Program-made: the position numbers and the translations under genes
Assembly (NCBI GenBank): GCA_965215015.1
Contig: OZ244042.1
Span: 4,064,001-4,128,000, forward strand
Direction: 5' to 3'
DNA: 64,000 nucleotides
DNA from: Candidatus Poribacteria bacterium
Lineage (GTDB): Bacteria; Poribacteria; WGA-4E; PCPOR2b
In this document: positions 1 through 9,510 of the stretch, piece by piece
How the letters are laid out: each line of letters begins with the position of its first letter
Numbering within the stretch: the stretch's first letter is position 1
Notes under the pieces: generated by a model
What the model saw: the letters and a program-made list of their open reading frames with translations, nothing else
Told to the model about the DNA's origin: nothing
The model's database searches: none

Positions 1-1
1 G

Positions 2-1198
2 GTGCAGGCGGACTTCGACAGTGTCATGGATCGCACGCCAGAAAACATTGCGAGCTACGTGCAATTTCTCAAAGCAAGATGTGACGATGAAGGTCTGAAG
101 CATTTTGCGCCTTCGGGTGTGGCGCGGTTGGTCGAGTACAGTGTTGAATTAACCGGCGATCAGGAGAAGTTGAGCACGCAGTTTGCCGAGATTTGTGACC
201 TTGCCCGCGAAGCCAGCTTTTACGCGGGACAGAACGGGCATTCAGAGGTGCCCCGCGATGCGGTGCAACAGGCTATTACCGAGAAAATCTATCGGTCAAA
301 CCGTATTGAACAACGCCTCGCTGAAATGATTGAAAAGGGACACATCTTCATTTCAACTGAGGGCGAGGTAGTCGGTCAGGTCAATGGCCTCTCTGTCCTC
401 GGCCTGGGGAATTATTCCTTCGGTAAGCCATCCCGTATCACAGCTCGAACCTACATGGGCAGCGGTGGGGTAGTTAGCATCGAACGGGAGGTGCGAACTT
501 CAGGCCCGATTCATAACAAGGGTGTCATGACGTTGACCGGCTACATCAACGGGAAGTACGGTCAGGATCAACCGATTTCGATGTCTGCCCAACTCAGTTT
601 TGAGCAGTTGTATGAAGGTGTTGAAGGTGATAGCGCGTCATCAACAGAACTGTACGCGCTCTTGTCATCGCTTTCCGGTTTTCCAATCAAGCAAGGGTTC
701 GCCGTCACCGGATCCGTGAATCAACACGGCGAGATCCAGCCTATCGGCGGTGCGACGGAGAAGATTACCGGCTTTTATGAAGTTTGCAAAACCTTCGGAT
801 TCACCAGCGACCAGGGCGTGTTGATTCCGCGGACTAATATAAAAAATCTGATGCTCAAAGCAGAGATTGTTGAAGCGGTGCGCGCAGGGAAATTCCATAT
901 CTATCCGGTCGAAACCATTGATGTGGGCATCGAAATCCTAACAGGGGTACCGGCAGGGGCACGCGATGAAGATGGTAATTACCCAGCAGGTACGGTCAAT
1001 TGGGCGGTAGAAAAACGCTTAAACCAATTCGCCGCAGGGTGGAAGGCGTTCCAGTCGGATAAGGAGACAGCGGCGGAGAAATCCGACAATGAGGAAGAAG
1101 AAACCAATATACCTGAACCACCCAAAGAAGATGCCGGCATTCTCAGGAAGGTGTTTTCTTGGTGGGGCCGCGAGAAGGGAGACACCCGATGCGAATAA
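2..1198 (+). CDS. Lon-like (LonB/LonC-type) ATP-dependent protease, C-terminal part (5' truncated by the window)
   Basis: GQVNGLSV, FEQLYEGVEGDSASS (catalytic Ser) and GGATEKI (catalytic Lys) of the S16 Ser-Lys dyad. Confidence 0.9.
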   Translation: MQADFDSVMDRTPENIASYVQFLKARCDDEGLKHFAPSGVARLVEYSVELTGDQEKLSTQFAEICDLAREASFYAGQNGHSEVPRDAVQQAITEKIYRSNRIEQRLAEMIEKGHIFISTEGEVVGQVNGLSVLGLGNYSFGKPSRITARTYMGSGGVVSIEREVRTSGPIHNKGVMTLTGYINGKYGQDQPISMSAQLSFEQLYEGVEGDSASSTELYALLSSLSGFPIKQGFAVTGSVNQHGEIQPIGGATEKITGFYEVCKTFGFTSDQGVLIPRTNIKNLMLKAEIVEAVRAGKFHIYPVETIDVGIEILTGVPAGARDEDGNYPAGTVNWAVEKRLNQFAAGWKAFQSDKETAAEKSDNEEEETNIPEPPKEDAGILRKVFSWWGREKGDTRCE

Positions 1199-1602
1199 AG
1201 TTGTGGGACCCGTTGCAGGAATTGGCTGAATTTGAGCGGACCGTCGACCGGCTGTTGGGCCGAGGTCGCCACCGGATGAGTTACGGCTATCCGCCGATTG
1301 ATCTCATGGATACCGGAGCCGCATTTGTGCTGTCGGCGCGCCTGCCCGGCGTCTCGACAGACCAGATTCGCCTCTCGGTTTCCGGCACGACGGTCACACT
1401 TGAGGGACAGCGTGAGCCGATGGTCATGGAAGGCGCAACCCCGATTTTGCGTGAACGCCTCTACGGGCAGTTTCGCAAAAGCATTGACTTACCCGAACCG
1501 GTACACGAGGAAGAAGTCAAGGCACAATACACCGATGGCATCTTGCAGGTGACGCTACCCAAAGGCCGTCAGCTTCAGCCGAAAACCATCCCAATCCAGT
1601 AA
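1189..1602 (+). CDS. Hsp20/alpha-crystallin small heat-shock protein
   Basis: YPPIDL, LPGV, RERLYGQFRKSIDLP, AQYTDGILQVTLPK; ATG 1189 follows AAGGGAG. Confidence 0.9.
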   Translation: MRIKLWDPLQELAEFERTVDRLLGRGRHRMSYGYPPIDLMDTGAAFVLSARLPGVSTDQIRLSVSGTTVTLEGQREPMVMEGATPILRERLYGQFRKSIDLPEPVHEEEVKAQYTDGILQVTLPKGRQLQPKTIPIQ

Positions 1603-1630
1603 TACTAAATACGTACAAGGAGAACTAAAG

Positions 1631-1999
1631 ATGCTGACTTTCAATCTCTCGAGGGAACCGGCGCGACAGTCCCTGACACCGTTTGTTGATATTTACGAGC
1701 TGCCCAACCGCGTGGTCGTGCTAGCGGATATGCCTGGCGTTTCCAAAGCAGGTGTGGATATTCGGGTGATTGATAACCGCCTGATGATTCGTGGGCAATG
1801 CCCTATGAGAAGGGATGGGGTTTGCCTAATTGGGGAATGCGCCCACTACGACTATTATCGCTCCATAAAACTGTCCGCCGCCATTGATGCCGAAAACATA
1901 CAGGCGGAGATGAAGGATGGCGTCCTCACATCGATCTTACCCAAACGGCGGTTGGGCAGGTCGGTCGAGGCGTCAATTTCCATTGAGGACGAGCTTTAA
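1631..1999 (+). CDS. Second Hsp20 family protein
   Basis: PFVDIYE, ADMPGV, AEMKDGVL..LPK; RBS AAGGAG. Confidence 0.85.
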   Translation: MLTFNLSREPARQSLTPFVDIYELPNRVVVLADMPGVSKAGVDIRVIDNRLMIRGQCPMRRDGVCLIGECAHYDYYRSIKLSAAIDAENIQAEMKDGVLTSILPKRRLGRSVEASISIEDEL

Positions 2000-2107
2000 T
2001 GCTTTAATGACGACAAGCATTGGAGCTTGGCACAAGAGGAATCAAAACTCAATAACGCTTCGTGCATCGGCGGTGTCCCAAAAGCTGATACCATATTTTT
2101 GGAATGC

Positions 2108-2566
2108 TTATTTACGTGGCAAATGGATCAAACCGTGTCGTCGTGTTGACCATTCCTGGGCAACAATACGGAAAATATCGGATTCTGTAATGATACCAAC
2201 AAGGCTTCCACCTTCGGGGTCAACAACAGGTAGACCGCTAATCTTGTTTTCAAGCATCTTCTGCGCTGCCTTGCCAATCGTCGCATCCTCAGCAATCGTT
2301 ATTGGATTAGGTGTCATTACTTCCTCCACCGTGATCTGTTCCAGCTTTTGAGAGAGCGTCTGTTCCCTATCGGTTAATAAATCAAACGGTTTCACTCGAT
2401 ATAGATCGCTCAAAGTCAGGATGCCAACGAGCTGACGGGAAGCAACGACCGGCAGCCGCCGAACACGGTCACCAATCATCAATTGATATGCTTCGATAAT
2501 CTCTGTTTCCGGGTTGACTGTGCTCAAGTCTTGCGACATCCAATTCCGAACCAATGTATGAATCAT
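2108..2566 (-). CDS. Tandem CBS-domain protein
   Basis: Two CBS repeats (VRRLPVV..LVGILT; ISGLPVV..LVGIITESD); RBS AAAGGAG. Confidence 0.9.
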   Translation of the reverse strand: MIHTLVRNWMSQDLSTVNPETEIIEAYQLMIGDRVRRLPVVASRQLVGILTLSDLYRVKPFDLLTDREQTLSQKLEQITVEEVMTPNPITIAEDATIGKAAQKMLENKISGLPVVDPEGGSLVGIITESDIFRIVAQEWSTRRHGLIHLPRK

Positions 2567-2635
2567 TTTGAAACTCCTTTCTCGCCATTGCTATCGTACC
2601 GAGTCGGTTGCGGTTTCCTACCTTCCTAATGATTG

Positions 2636-2651
2636 AGCAAAAGTGATGCCA
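2636..2651 (-). promoter_or_regulatory. Putative sigma54 (-24/-12) promoter of the CBS gene
   Basis: Minus strand TGGCATCACTTTTGCT = GG-N10-GC, 70 bp upstream of the start codon. Confidence 0.6.
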
Positions 2652-2658
2652 GTCAAGA

Positions 2659-2858
2659 TTGCCGTACTCCCAACCCTAAAGGCTTGGGATTCTTACTTGT
2701 TTCTTTAGAGTGGAATTGCTCTATCCTGTCTGTTAGGTTTCACCTAACGAACAGTCTGACAACCGTCAAAGTGAGCCATTGGAAGATGGGCTTACTACTT
2801 CTCCTGAGAGGGTGAACGCCTCCACCCGAAAGATATTGACCTCGGCGTTGCAACCTCT
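2659..2858 (-). mobile_element. IS200/IS605 remnant: decayed tnpB 3' end plus right-end hairpin
   Basis: Minus strand translates RGCNAEVNIFRVEAFTLSGEVVSP, resembling the TnpB C-terminus RD.NAA.NI.RVGASTL; ends in GAATCCCAAGCCTTTAGGGTTGGGAGTACGGCAA. Confidence 0.6.
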
Positions 2859-2978
2859 ATCTAACTGAGAGGTGCTCATAATTATTGTATGAATCACGGA
2901 TTAAACTGATGAAGCGGATGGCACGGATACAGATATTGGTTTCAGACGGTAGATGGGGCAAGATGCCCCACCTATGGG
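2859..2978 (+). repeat. 120-bp dispersed element (GGAT-periodic core plus REP-like hairpin), copy 1
   Basis: Ungapped match of ~79% (95/120 by hand) to the reverse complement of 14331-14450. Confidence 0.8.
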
Positions 2979-3514
2979 GTCGGGTATATTTTGTTGTTCC
3001 CTATTCGGGGTGGGAGTTTAATCGGATTGTCTTTCTGTTTTTCATATTTGTCTGACTGGAATGTGGGAGACCCTATTGTGTGATAGGGATCAGATTCTCC
3101 CACGAAAGACAAAAGAAGTATACCCTATTTAGCCTGCAAATTCAACCGTTTTTGCTTAACAACACGCTTTGGCTGACTACAAAGATTATTAGGTACCACC
3201 TAACAATCTTTTCCCGCCTAAAGGTTTGGGCTGCGGGGACTTGTCAGCAAGATTTGATAATTTTGGCTAAAAGCCATGTCGAATTTACATCACTACTTGG
3301 GAGGTAACATCAATCAAGAGGCGGAGATAGCAGCGAAACGGGTTTTAAGTAATCCCAAAATACTGGTCTTCAGATATGGTCACTCTGTCTGCATTTATAA
3401 CGATTAGACTCTGCATTAAAATGCCGGTCTTAGGCAGCCCTTGTGTTACTGGACTCAATCCCTATTTGGGCTAGTACCACCTGTATTATGCCCTCGACGT
3501 TTCATGTTCCAATT

Positions 3515-3611
3515 TTGACAAAATGTCAATCTGATTTTGGAAAAATCGAGGGTTTTTGACAAAATGTCAGATGAAAATGTGGATATATTGCTATTTTTGA
3601 CAAAATGTCAA
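3515..3611. promoter_or_regulatory. Three palindromic TTGACA-AAA-TGTCA(A/G) sites, probable enhancer (UAS)
   Basis: Copies start at 3515, 3556 and 3597: exact 41-bp period. Confidence 0.75.
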
Positions 3612-3745
3612 TTTTGGCGGATTTTCTCCTGACTTTTTCCAGTATCTGAAACGTTCAGCGCGAGAAGTTGAAATGTCCGATGAAGCCTTACGGTTTTTAC
3701 CTTCCTCGCCTCATTCTCTCCCTCCACTTTATCAATCCACTATCA

Positions 3746-3761
3746 TGGCATAGTGATTGCA
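3746..3761 (+). promoter_or_regulatory. sigma54 promoter of the nos operon
   Basis: TGGCATAGTGATTGCA matches TGGCAC-N5-TTGCW, 135-230 bp downstream of the palindromes. Confidence 0.75.
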
Positions 3762-4010
3762 CATATTACACACTAGGGACCTATGCCCGGAGCACGGTTC
3801 AAAATGCGCTGGGGCATATTAATCTCCACAATGAGTAGATAGGGGCTTTTTTCTGAATTTAACGCAAGGACGCGGGGTCACAAGCCTCCCCTTACAAAAT
3901 GGAAAACCGGAAGACACTTCTCTGGTTTTCCCGTTTTCTTTGCGTCCAAGCGTCTTATTAAAAGCCTGTAACGACTTATTCCGTTAATCTTTACAAAGGA
4001 GAAAATCACC

Positions 4011-6005
4011 ATGCAACACACAATTCAGCGACACCCGCTTTCAATGCTAGGACTTGCAATACTTGGCGTGATTCTATACTTGGGCAGCTCCCAGTCTTTA
4101 CATGCACAGCTTCCCGCCGATGCGATGCGCATCGCGCAGGAACGTAGTTTAACCCCTGATGACATCAAAGCTGCCTTGGCAACCTATACTCCCACCGGCA
4201 GGCATGATGAGTATGTGATGTTTTCTTCGGGGGGGCATAGTGGGCAGGTCATTGTTGTTGGTTTGCCCTCAATGCGTATCCTGAAGGTCATTGCGGTCTT
4301 TACGCCTGATCCGTGGCAGGGGTACGGTTACGGAGTGAAGGATTCGCCCTTAGACACTTCAAGCGAGGGGGTGACTGTCGATGGACAATCCCTGACTTGG
4401 GCGGATACCCACCATCCCGCATTAAGTGAAACTCAGGGTGATTACGACGGTGAGTACCTGTTCATCAACGACAAAGCCAATGGCCGGATTGCGGTCATTG
4501 ATTTGAAGGATTTTGAAACAAAACAGATTATCAAGAACCCAATCTTCCTCAACGATCACGGTGCAACAATGGTAACCCCGGATACTGAGTATGTGGTGGA
4601 AGGCTCACAGTACGCCATGCCGCTAGGTAATGAATATGCTCCCATTGCCAACTACAAAGAAAAGTATCGAGGGTTGATGACCTTCTGGAAATTTGACCGT
4701 AGCAAAGGGCGTGTTGTCAAAGATGAGTCGTTTGGAGTTGAACTTCCACCTTACTGGCAAGACCTCGCAGATGCTGGAAAGTTGACGAGCGATGGTTGGG
4801 TCTTCTGCGGTTCGTTTAACTCTGAGTTAGCAACCGGGGGCATCGAAAATGGAAATCCTCCCTTTGAGGCAGGCACAGCTGAACGGGATATGGATTATCT
4901 GCATCTCATCAATTGGCGCAAAGCCGAGGCGGCCTTTAAGGCAAGTAAGGTCAAGAAAATTAAGGGCTTCCCGGTGATTACAATAGAGACTGCCGTTGCT
5001 GAAGGTATTCTTTATCTGACGCCTGAACCCAAGAGCCCACACGGTGTTGATGTTAGCCCCAGTGGAAACTACATTATTGTTTCGGGCAAGCTGGATCCGC
5101 ACGTCACAGTATATCACATTGATAAAATTAAGAAGGCCATTACCGACAAAGATTATGAAGGTATAGATGAGTACGGTATACCAATCTTACGATTTGATGC
5201 AGTCAAGGAAGCGCAGATAGAGGTTGGATTGGGCCCCCTTCATACCCAATTCGATAATAAGGGGTATGCCTACACCAGTCTGTTTCTTGACAGTGCGGTT
5301 GCACGATGGACATTGGGTCCAGATGCGAAATATAAAGCTCCGGAGCGTCCATGGAGACTTATCCAGCAGCTGCCCGTCCATTACAACATAGGACATCTCG
5401 TGGCTGCAGAGGGTGACACGGTTGACCCGGATGGAAAGTATCTCGTTTCTCTTAACAAATGGGCGGTAGACCGTTTCCTGAATGTGGGACCGCTACTTCC
5501 ACAGAACCTTCAATTGGTTGATATATCCCAAGAGGGCGATGGCATGGGCTTGCTCTATGACATGCCACTGGGCATTGGTGAACCTCACTATGCACAAATT
5601 ATCAAAGCGGATAAGCTGAAGGCATGGGAGGTTTATCCTGAAGTTGGCTGGGATACTATCAAGCAACAGAAGCATCCGAAAGCATCGCTCAAAGGTTCAA
5701 TTCAGCGGAATGGAGACACAGTGGAAGTCTTCATGACCGCTATTCGTAGTCACTATGAACCTGAGATTGTAGAGGTCAACAAAGGCGATCGCGTGATATT
5801 GAATCTCACCAATCTTGAACGAACCTACGATGCGACGCACGGCTTCGCCCTACCCGGCTATAATATCACCTCAAGTATTGAGGCTGGTGAGACCGTCACG
5901 CTCGATTTTGTTGCCAATAAGGAGGGCGTCTTTTCCTTTTACTGTACCGAGTTCTGCTCAGCACTCCATCTGGAAATGGCAGGATATTTCCTTGTCAAAC
6001 CGTGA
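4011..6005 (+). CDS. nosZ: Nitrous-oxide reductase, clade II (Sec-dependent)
   Basis: CuZ His motifs DTHH, DHG, SPHG, GPLH, IGH, EPH; CuA motif HGF...CTEFCSALHLEM; Sec-type signal peptide with no twin-Arg. Confidence 0.97.
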   Translation: MQHTIQRHPLSMLGLAILGVILYLGSSQSLHAQLPADAMRIAQERSLTPDDIKAALATYTPTGRHDEYVMFSSGGHSGQVIVVGLPSMRILKVIAVFTPDPWQGYGYGVKDSPLDTSSEGVTVDGQSLTWADTHHPALSETQGDYDGEYLFINDKANGRIAVIDLKDFETKQIIKNPIFLNDHGATMVTPDTEYVVEGSQYAMPLGNEYAPIANYKEKYRGLMTFWKFDRSKGRVVKDESFGVELPPYWQDLADAGKLTSDGWVFCGSFNSELATGGIENGNPPFEAGTAERDMDYLHLINWRKAEAAFKASKVKKIKGFPVITIETAVAEGILYLTPEPKSPHGVDVSPSGNYIIVSGKLDPHVTVYHIDKIKKAITDKDYEGIDEYGIPILRFDAVKEAQIEVGLGPLHTQFDNKGYAYTSLFLDSAVARWTLGPDAKYKAPERPWRLIQQLPVHYNIGHLVAAEGDTVDPDGKYLVSLNKWAVDRFLNVGPLLPQNLQLVDISQEGDGMGLLYDMPLGIGEPHYAQIIKADKLKAWEVYPEVGWDTIKQQKHPKASLKGSIQRNGDTVEVFMTAIRSHYEPEIVEVNKGDRVILNLTNLERTYDATHGFALPGYNITSSIEAGETVTLDFVANKEGVFSFYCTEFCSALHLEMAGYFLVKP

Positions 6006-6009
6006 GAAC

Positions 6010-6043
6010 GAACCGTGAAGTATGTAATCATGCTTCACGGTTC
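6010..6043 (+). other. Intercistronic stem-loop after nosZ
   Basis: GAACCGTGAAG...CTTCACGGTTC perfect 11-bp stem, extendable; no U-tract. Confidence 0.6.
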
Positions 6044-6063
6044 ACATTTCATGTATAGGGGAA

Positions 6064-9000
6064 GTGATTATGCTTCTAAGAGTTGAACGCCCCCGGCGCG
6101 AGTGGTTGGTAAGTGCGTTGCTAATTGTCGCAGGTATCCTGCTGCTCGTTTCGTTGCTTTTTCCCTACTGGCGCGTAGATCTTGAAGCGGGCATTTATCC
6201 GAAAGGATTAACGCTCCAACTTCGTCCCTACCGTCTTGAGGGAGATATCACAGAAATCGATGAACTGAACCATTATATCGGGATGCGAGCGCTAGAGTCC
6301 GCGGGAAAACTGGAGCGAACGATTGCTATTCCCTTAATCATCACTGCGGGCTTATGCCTGCTAATTGCGGGCTTGGTTCCCCGGAAATGGTCAATGTGGC
6401 TGACACTCCCCGGCTTAGTGTTCCCGGTTGTTTTTTTAGGTGAATTGTATTGGTGGTTGGCAGATAGTGGTCTACATCTTGATCCAAAGGCACCACTCAA
6501 CCAATCAATAAAACCGTTCATCCCACCTATTTTTGGGGAGGGACGAATCGCACAGTTCAACGCAAATGCTTCCTTTCAGATTGGATTTTACCTTGCGCTG
6601 CTTGGGGCGGTATTATCAAGGGCGGCATTCTATCTGAAAAAGCCAGAATGGTTAGCAAAAGGATTAATAATTGATGCATCAGTGCTGTTAGTTATTTCGC
6701 TGCTTTTCCCTTACTGGCGCGTAGATTTTGAGTCGCGAAAATTTCCGAAAGGCGCTATACTTCAGATTCGACCGAACCGTATAGAAGGAAATATCCGAGA
6801 AGTGGACAAGCTGAATCGCGATATTGGAATGCGGGATATTGAATCGGCGGGACAATTTGAACGGAAGATTGCCATTCCATCTATTGTAGTTGTGGCATTA
6901 TGTTTGTTGAGTTCAGTCTTTGTGCCGCGAAAATGGTCATCTTGGTTGGCGTTACCCGCCCTAATTTTCCCAATCGTTTTTGTTGGCGCGCTCTATGGGT
7001 GGCTGCGCGACAGTGGACTCAATCTTGATCCCGAAGTCGCGCTCTACCCGGACATCGAACCCTTCATCCCTCCAGTCGTCGGCACGAAAACAGTCAAATC
7101 GGTCACCACGACCTCGACATTTCAGATTGGGTTTTACTTCACCATTTTGACCGCTCTGCTATCTATCTTTGCACTTCTACTCAAAAGAAGATACCGAGTC
7201 TTTCATCCCAAGCAAACGATGATAGGAATTGCTTTGGCCATATCTCTACTTTTAGCCCCTTCAGCTTCCATCGCTGCAACTCTTACAATTGACGCAAGCT
7301 CCAGCATTAGCGACACGATAAAACGTGCTGCACATGGCGATACAATTATTGTGAAAGGTGGGGTTTATAATGAGCGATTCGCCCTCAATAAATCCGTAAC
7401 CCTCCGCGGAGAAGATGGAGCAGTCATTGACGGAGGGGGAGTTGGTAGTGTCATTACAGTCAGTGCACCAGCCACGGTTGTCCGTGGATTCACAATTCGG
7501 AATACCGGCGACCGGCTCTCTGAAGGTGATGCCGGGATTATGATTAAAAAAGCGAAGGGCGTAATTATTGAAGGAAACCGAGTTGAGGATGCTTTATTCG
7601 GGGTTCAAGTGCGAAATGCCCCGGATAGCATCGTCCGAAATAATACCTTCTACGGTAAGGACCTGGATGTAGGACGTCGGGGCGATCTGATTCGTGTCTG
7701 GTATAGCAGTGGTGCGGTGGTCGAAGATAACCGTGTCTTTGATGGTCGTGATGTCGTCATCTGGTATTCAAAAGGCGTCACAGTTCGTAGGAATGAGGTT
7801 CGCAACGGACGTTACGGCATTCACTTCATGTATTGCGACGATGCGACGATTGAAGATAATCGTCTGATCGGCAACTCGGTTGGGGTTTATTTAATGTATA
7901 GTTACCGTTTGCAGCTCCAGAAAAACTGGGTGATAACCAATCGTGGTGCTAGTGGCTACGGGATTGGGCAGAAGGATATGTACGACGGGCTTATCGCTGA
8001 CAATTTCGTTGCAGACAATCGGGCGGGAATGTTCATGGACAATTCGACGAACACTTTTCGCAATAACCTAATCGCTTTTAATGATTTTGGAATGCTTGCA
8101 CTCCCGTCCGCTCGGAAGAACACTTTTGCTGGGAATAGTTTTGTTGACAACGGCGAACAGGTGACTATTGAGGGGCAGGGACGGCTTGGCACCAACCAAT
8201 GGATTGGCAATTACTGGAGTGATTACAACGGTTACGATGCAAATGGGGATGGAGTCGGGGACATGCCCTATCGGTCAGTACATCTTTTTGAGAAGCTAAC
8301 CGAGCAGTATCGCGCGTTACGAATTTTCACCTATAGCCCATCAGTGCAGGCACTTGATTTTGCCTCCCGGCTCTTTCCTGTTTTTATGCCTCAACCGAAG
8401 CTGGTGGATGACAGTCCGCGTATGCGTCCCGTGATGCCCAATCTCAAAGCACCGAAAGGGAAGCTATCATCGGCATGGCTGTTGGGGGCTTCGGCGTTAT
8501 TTCTTTCGGCTCTATCCATCGCCGGTCACTTGAACAGATGGTTACAGCCTCTTGTGGATCGCTTCCTATACCTTACCAGGCCTCAAGACTCAAAACACAA
8601 AGCACCATGTGAATCGTATAACACGCGACTAGTTCCGACTATATCCGTCGATCATTTGACTAAACGTTTTGGTAAAGCGACTGCGGTAGAACGATTGAGT
8701 TTCGATATATCCCCCGGAGAAACGGTAGCGTTGTGGGGTCCAAACGGTGCCGGTAAAACAACTGCCTTGCGTTGTGTGTTGGGAGTATTGCCTTTCGATG
8801 GAACGATTACAGTTGGTGGCAATTCGTCGCGTACCGAAGGCAAAATGGTTCGCCAACAGATTGGTTACGTTCCACAGGAGGTCCGTCTCCACAGCGACTT
8901 GACAGTGCAGGGAACAGTTTCATTTTATGCCCGCCTGCGAAATGTTTCTAGAGATCGGTTGACAACCTTGATGGCTGAGTGGAATTTAGCAGGGATTGCG

Positions 9001-9507
9001 GATAAACGGGTTGGAAATCTTTCCGGTGGCATGAAGCAACGTTTGGCGTTGGCGATCGCGCTGCTTTCAGATCCACCGATTCTGTTGCTAGACGAACCGA
9101 CGAGTAACCTAGATGTTCATACCCGCCATGAGTTCTGGGCAGCACTCGAAAATCTCAAGAAATCAGGTAAGACCTTAATCTTCTGTACCCATAGACTTGA
9201 TGAAATTTTCAGACTGGCGGACCGTGTTATTGTCATGGAGGAAGGAAAGAAGATTGCCGAGGGTCCTCCGATGCGCCTTGACGGTCATCTTTCACGAGAT
9301 GTGGTGCTGCACCTGTCAATCCCCGAATCGTTCCATAAGATAGCAGCGAACCTGCTTGAGCAGCAGGGTTTTTCCACAAAATGTAACGGTGTGAAAATCT
9401 CAGTGCAAGCACCACATGACAGAAAAGCTGAACCGTTCCGCGTATTGGCGGAATCTGCCATCCCCATCGACGATTTTGAATTAGCCGACACCCCAGATAA
9501 GGAGTAA
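6064..9507 (+). CDS. nosD: Fusion protein NosB-like x2 + NosD (beta-helix) + TM + NosF (ABC ATPase)
   Basis: Two FPYWRVD...LNxxIGM membrane modules; NosD motifs YGIHFMY and GNYWSDY.GYD..GDG.GD; Walker A GPNGAGKT, signature LSGGMKQR, Walker B LLLDEPT. Confidence 0.88.
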   Translation: MIMLLRVERPRREWLVSALLIVAGILLLVSLLFPYWRVDLEAGIYPKGLTLQLRPYRLEGDITEIDELNHYIGMRALESAGKLERTIAIPLIITAGLCLLIAGLVPRKWSMWLTLPGLVFPVVFLGELYWWLADSGLHLDPKAPLNQSIKPFIPPIFGEGRIAQFNANASFQIGFYLALLGAVLSRAAFYLKKPEWLAKGLIIDASVLLVISLLFPYWRVDFESRKFPKGAILQIRPNRIEGNIREVDKLNRDIGMRDIESAGQFERKIAIPSIVVVALCLLSSVFVPRKWSSWLALPALIFPIVFVGALYGWLRDSGLNLDPEVALYPDIEPFIPPVVGTKTVKSVTTTSTFQIGFYFTILTALLSIFALLLKRRYRVFHPKQTMIGIALAISLLLAPSASIAATLTIDASSSISDTIKRAAHGDTIIVKGGVYNERFALNKSVTLRGEDGAVIDGGGVGSVITVSAPATVVRGFTIRNTGDRLSEGDAGIMIKKAKGVIIEGNRVEDALFGVQVRNAPDSIVRNNTFYGKDLDVGRRGDLIRVWYSSGAVVEDNRVFDGRDVVIWYSKGVTVRRNEVRNGRYGIHFMYCDDATIEDNRLIGNSVGVYLMYSYRLQLQKNWVITNRGASGYGIGQKDMYDGLIADNFVADNRAGMFMDNSTNTFRNNLIAFNDFGMLALPSARKNTFAGNSFVDNGEQVTIEGQGRLGTNQWIGNYWSDYNGYDANGDGVGDMPYRSVHLFEKLTEQYRALRIFTYSPSVQALDFASRLFPVFMPQPKLVDDSPRMRPVMPNLKAPKGKLSSAWLLGASALFLSALSIAGHLNRWLQPLVDRFLYLTRPQDSKHKAPCESYNTRLVPTISVDHLTKRFGKATAVERLSFDISPGETVALWGPNGAGKTTALRCVLGVLPFDGTITVGGNSSRTEGKMVRQQIGYVPQEVRLHSDLTVQGTVSFYARLRNVSRDRLTTLMAEWNLAGIADKRVGNLSGGMKQRLALAIALLSDPPILLLDEPTSNLDVHTRHEFWAALENLKKSGKTLIFCTHRLDEIFRLADRVIVMEEGKKIAEGPPMRLDGHLSRDVVLHLSIPESFHKIAANLLEQQGFSTKCNGVKISVQAPHDRKAEPFRVLAESAIPIDDFELADTPDKE

Positions 9508-9510
9508 GCC

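Noticed and set aside
2633-3307. Short ORFs 2633-2815 and 3080-3307
   Set aside because: No RBS or recognisable motifs; the first overlaps an IS remnant.
3515-3611. FNR/DNR boxes or sigma70 -35 elements
   Set aside because: Spacing is TTGAC-N5-GTCAA, not TTGAT-N4-ATCAA; triple phasing plus a -24/-12 site fits an enhancer better.
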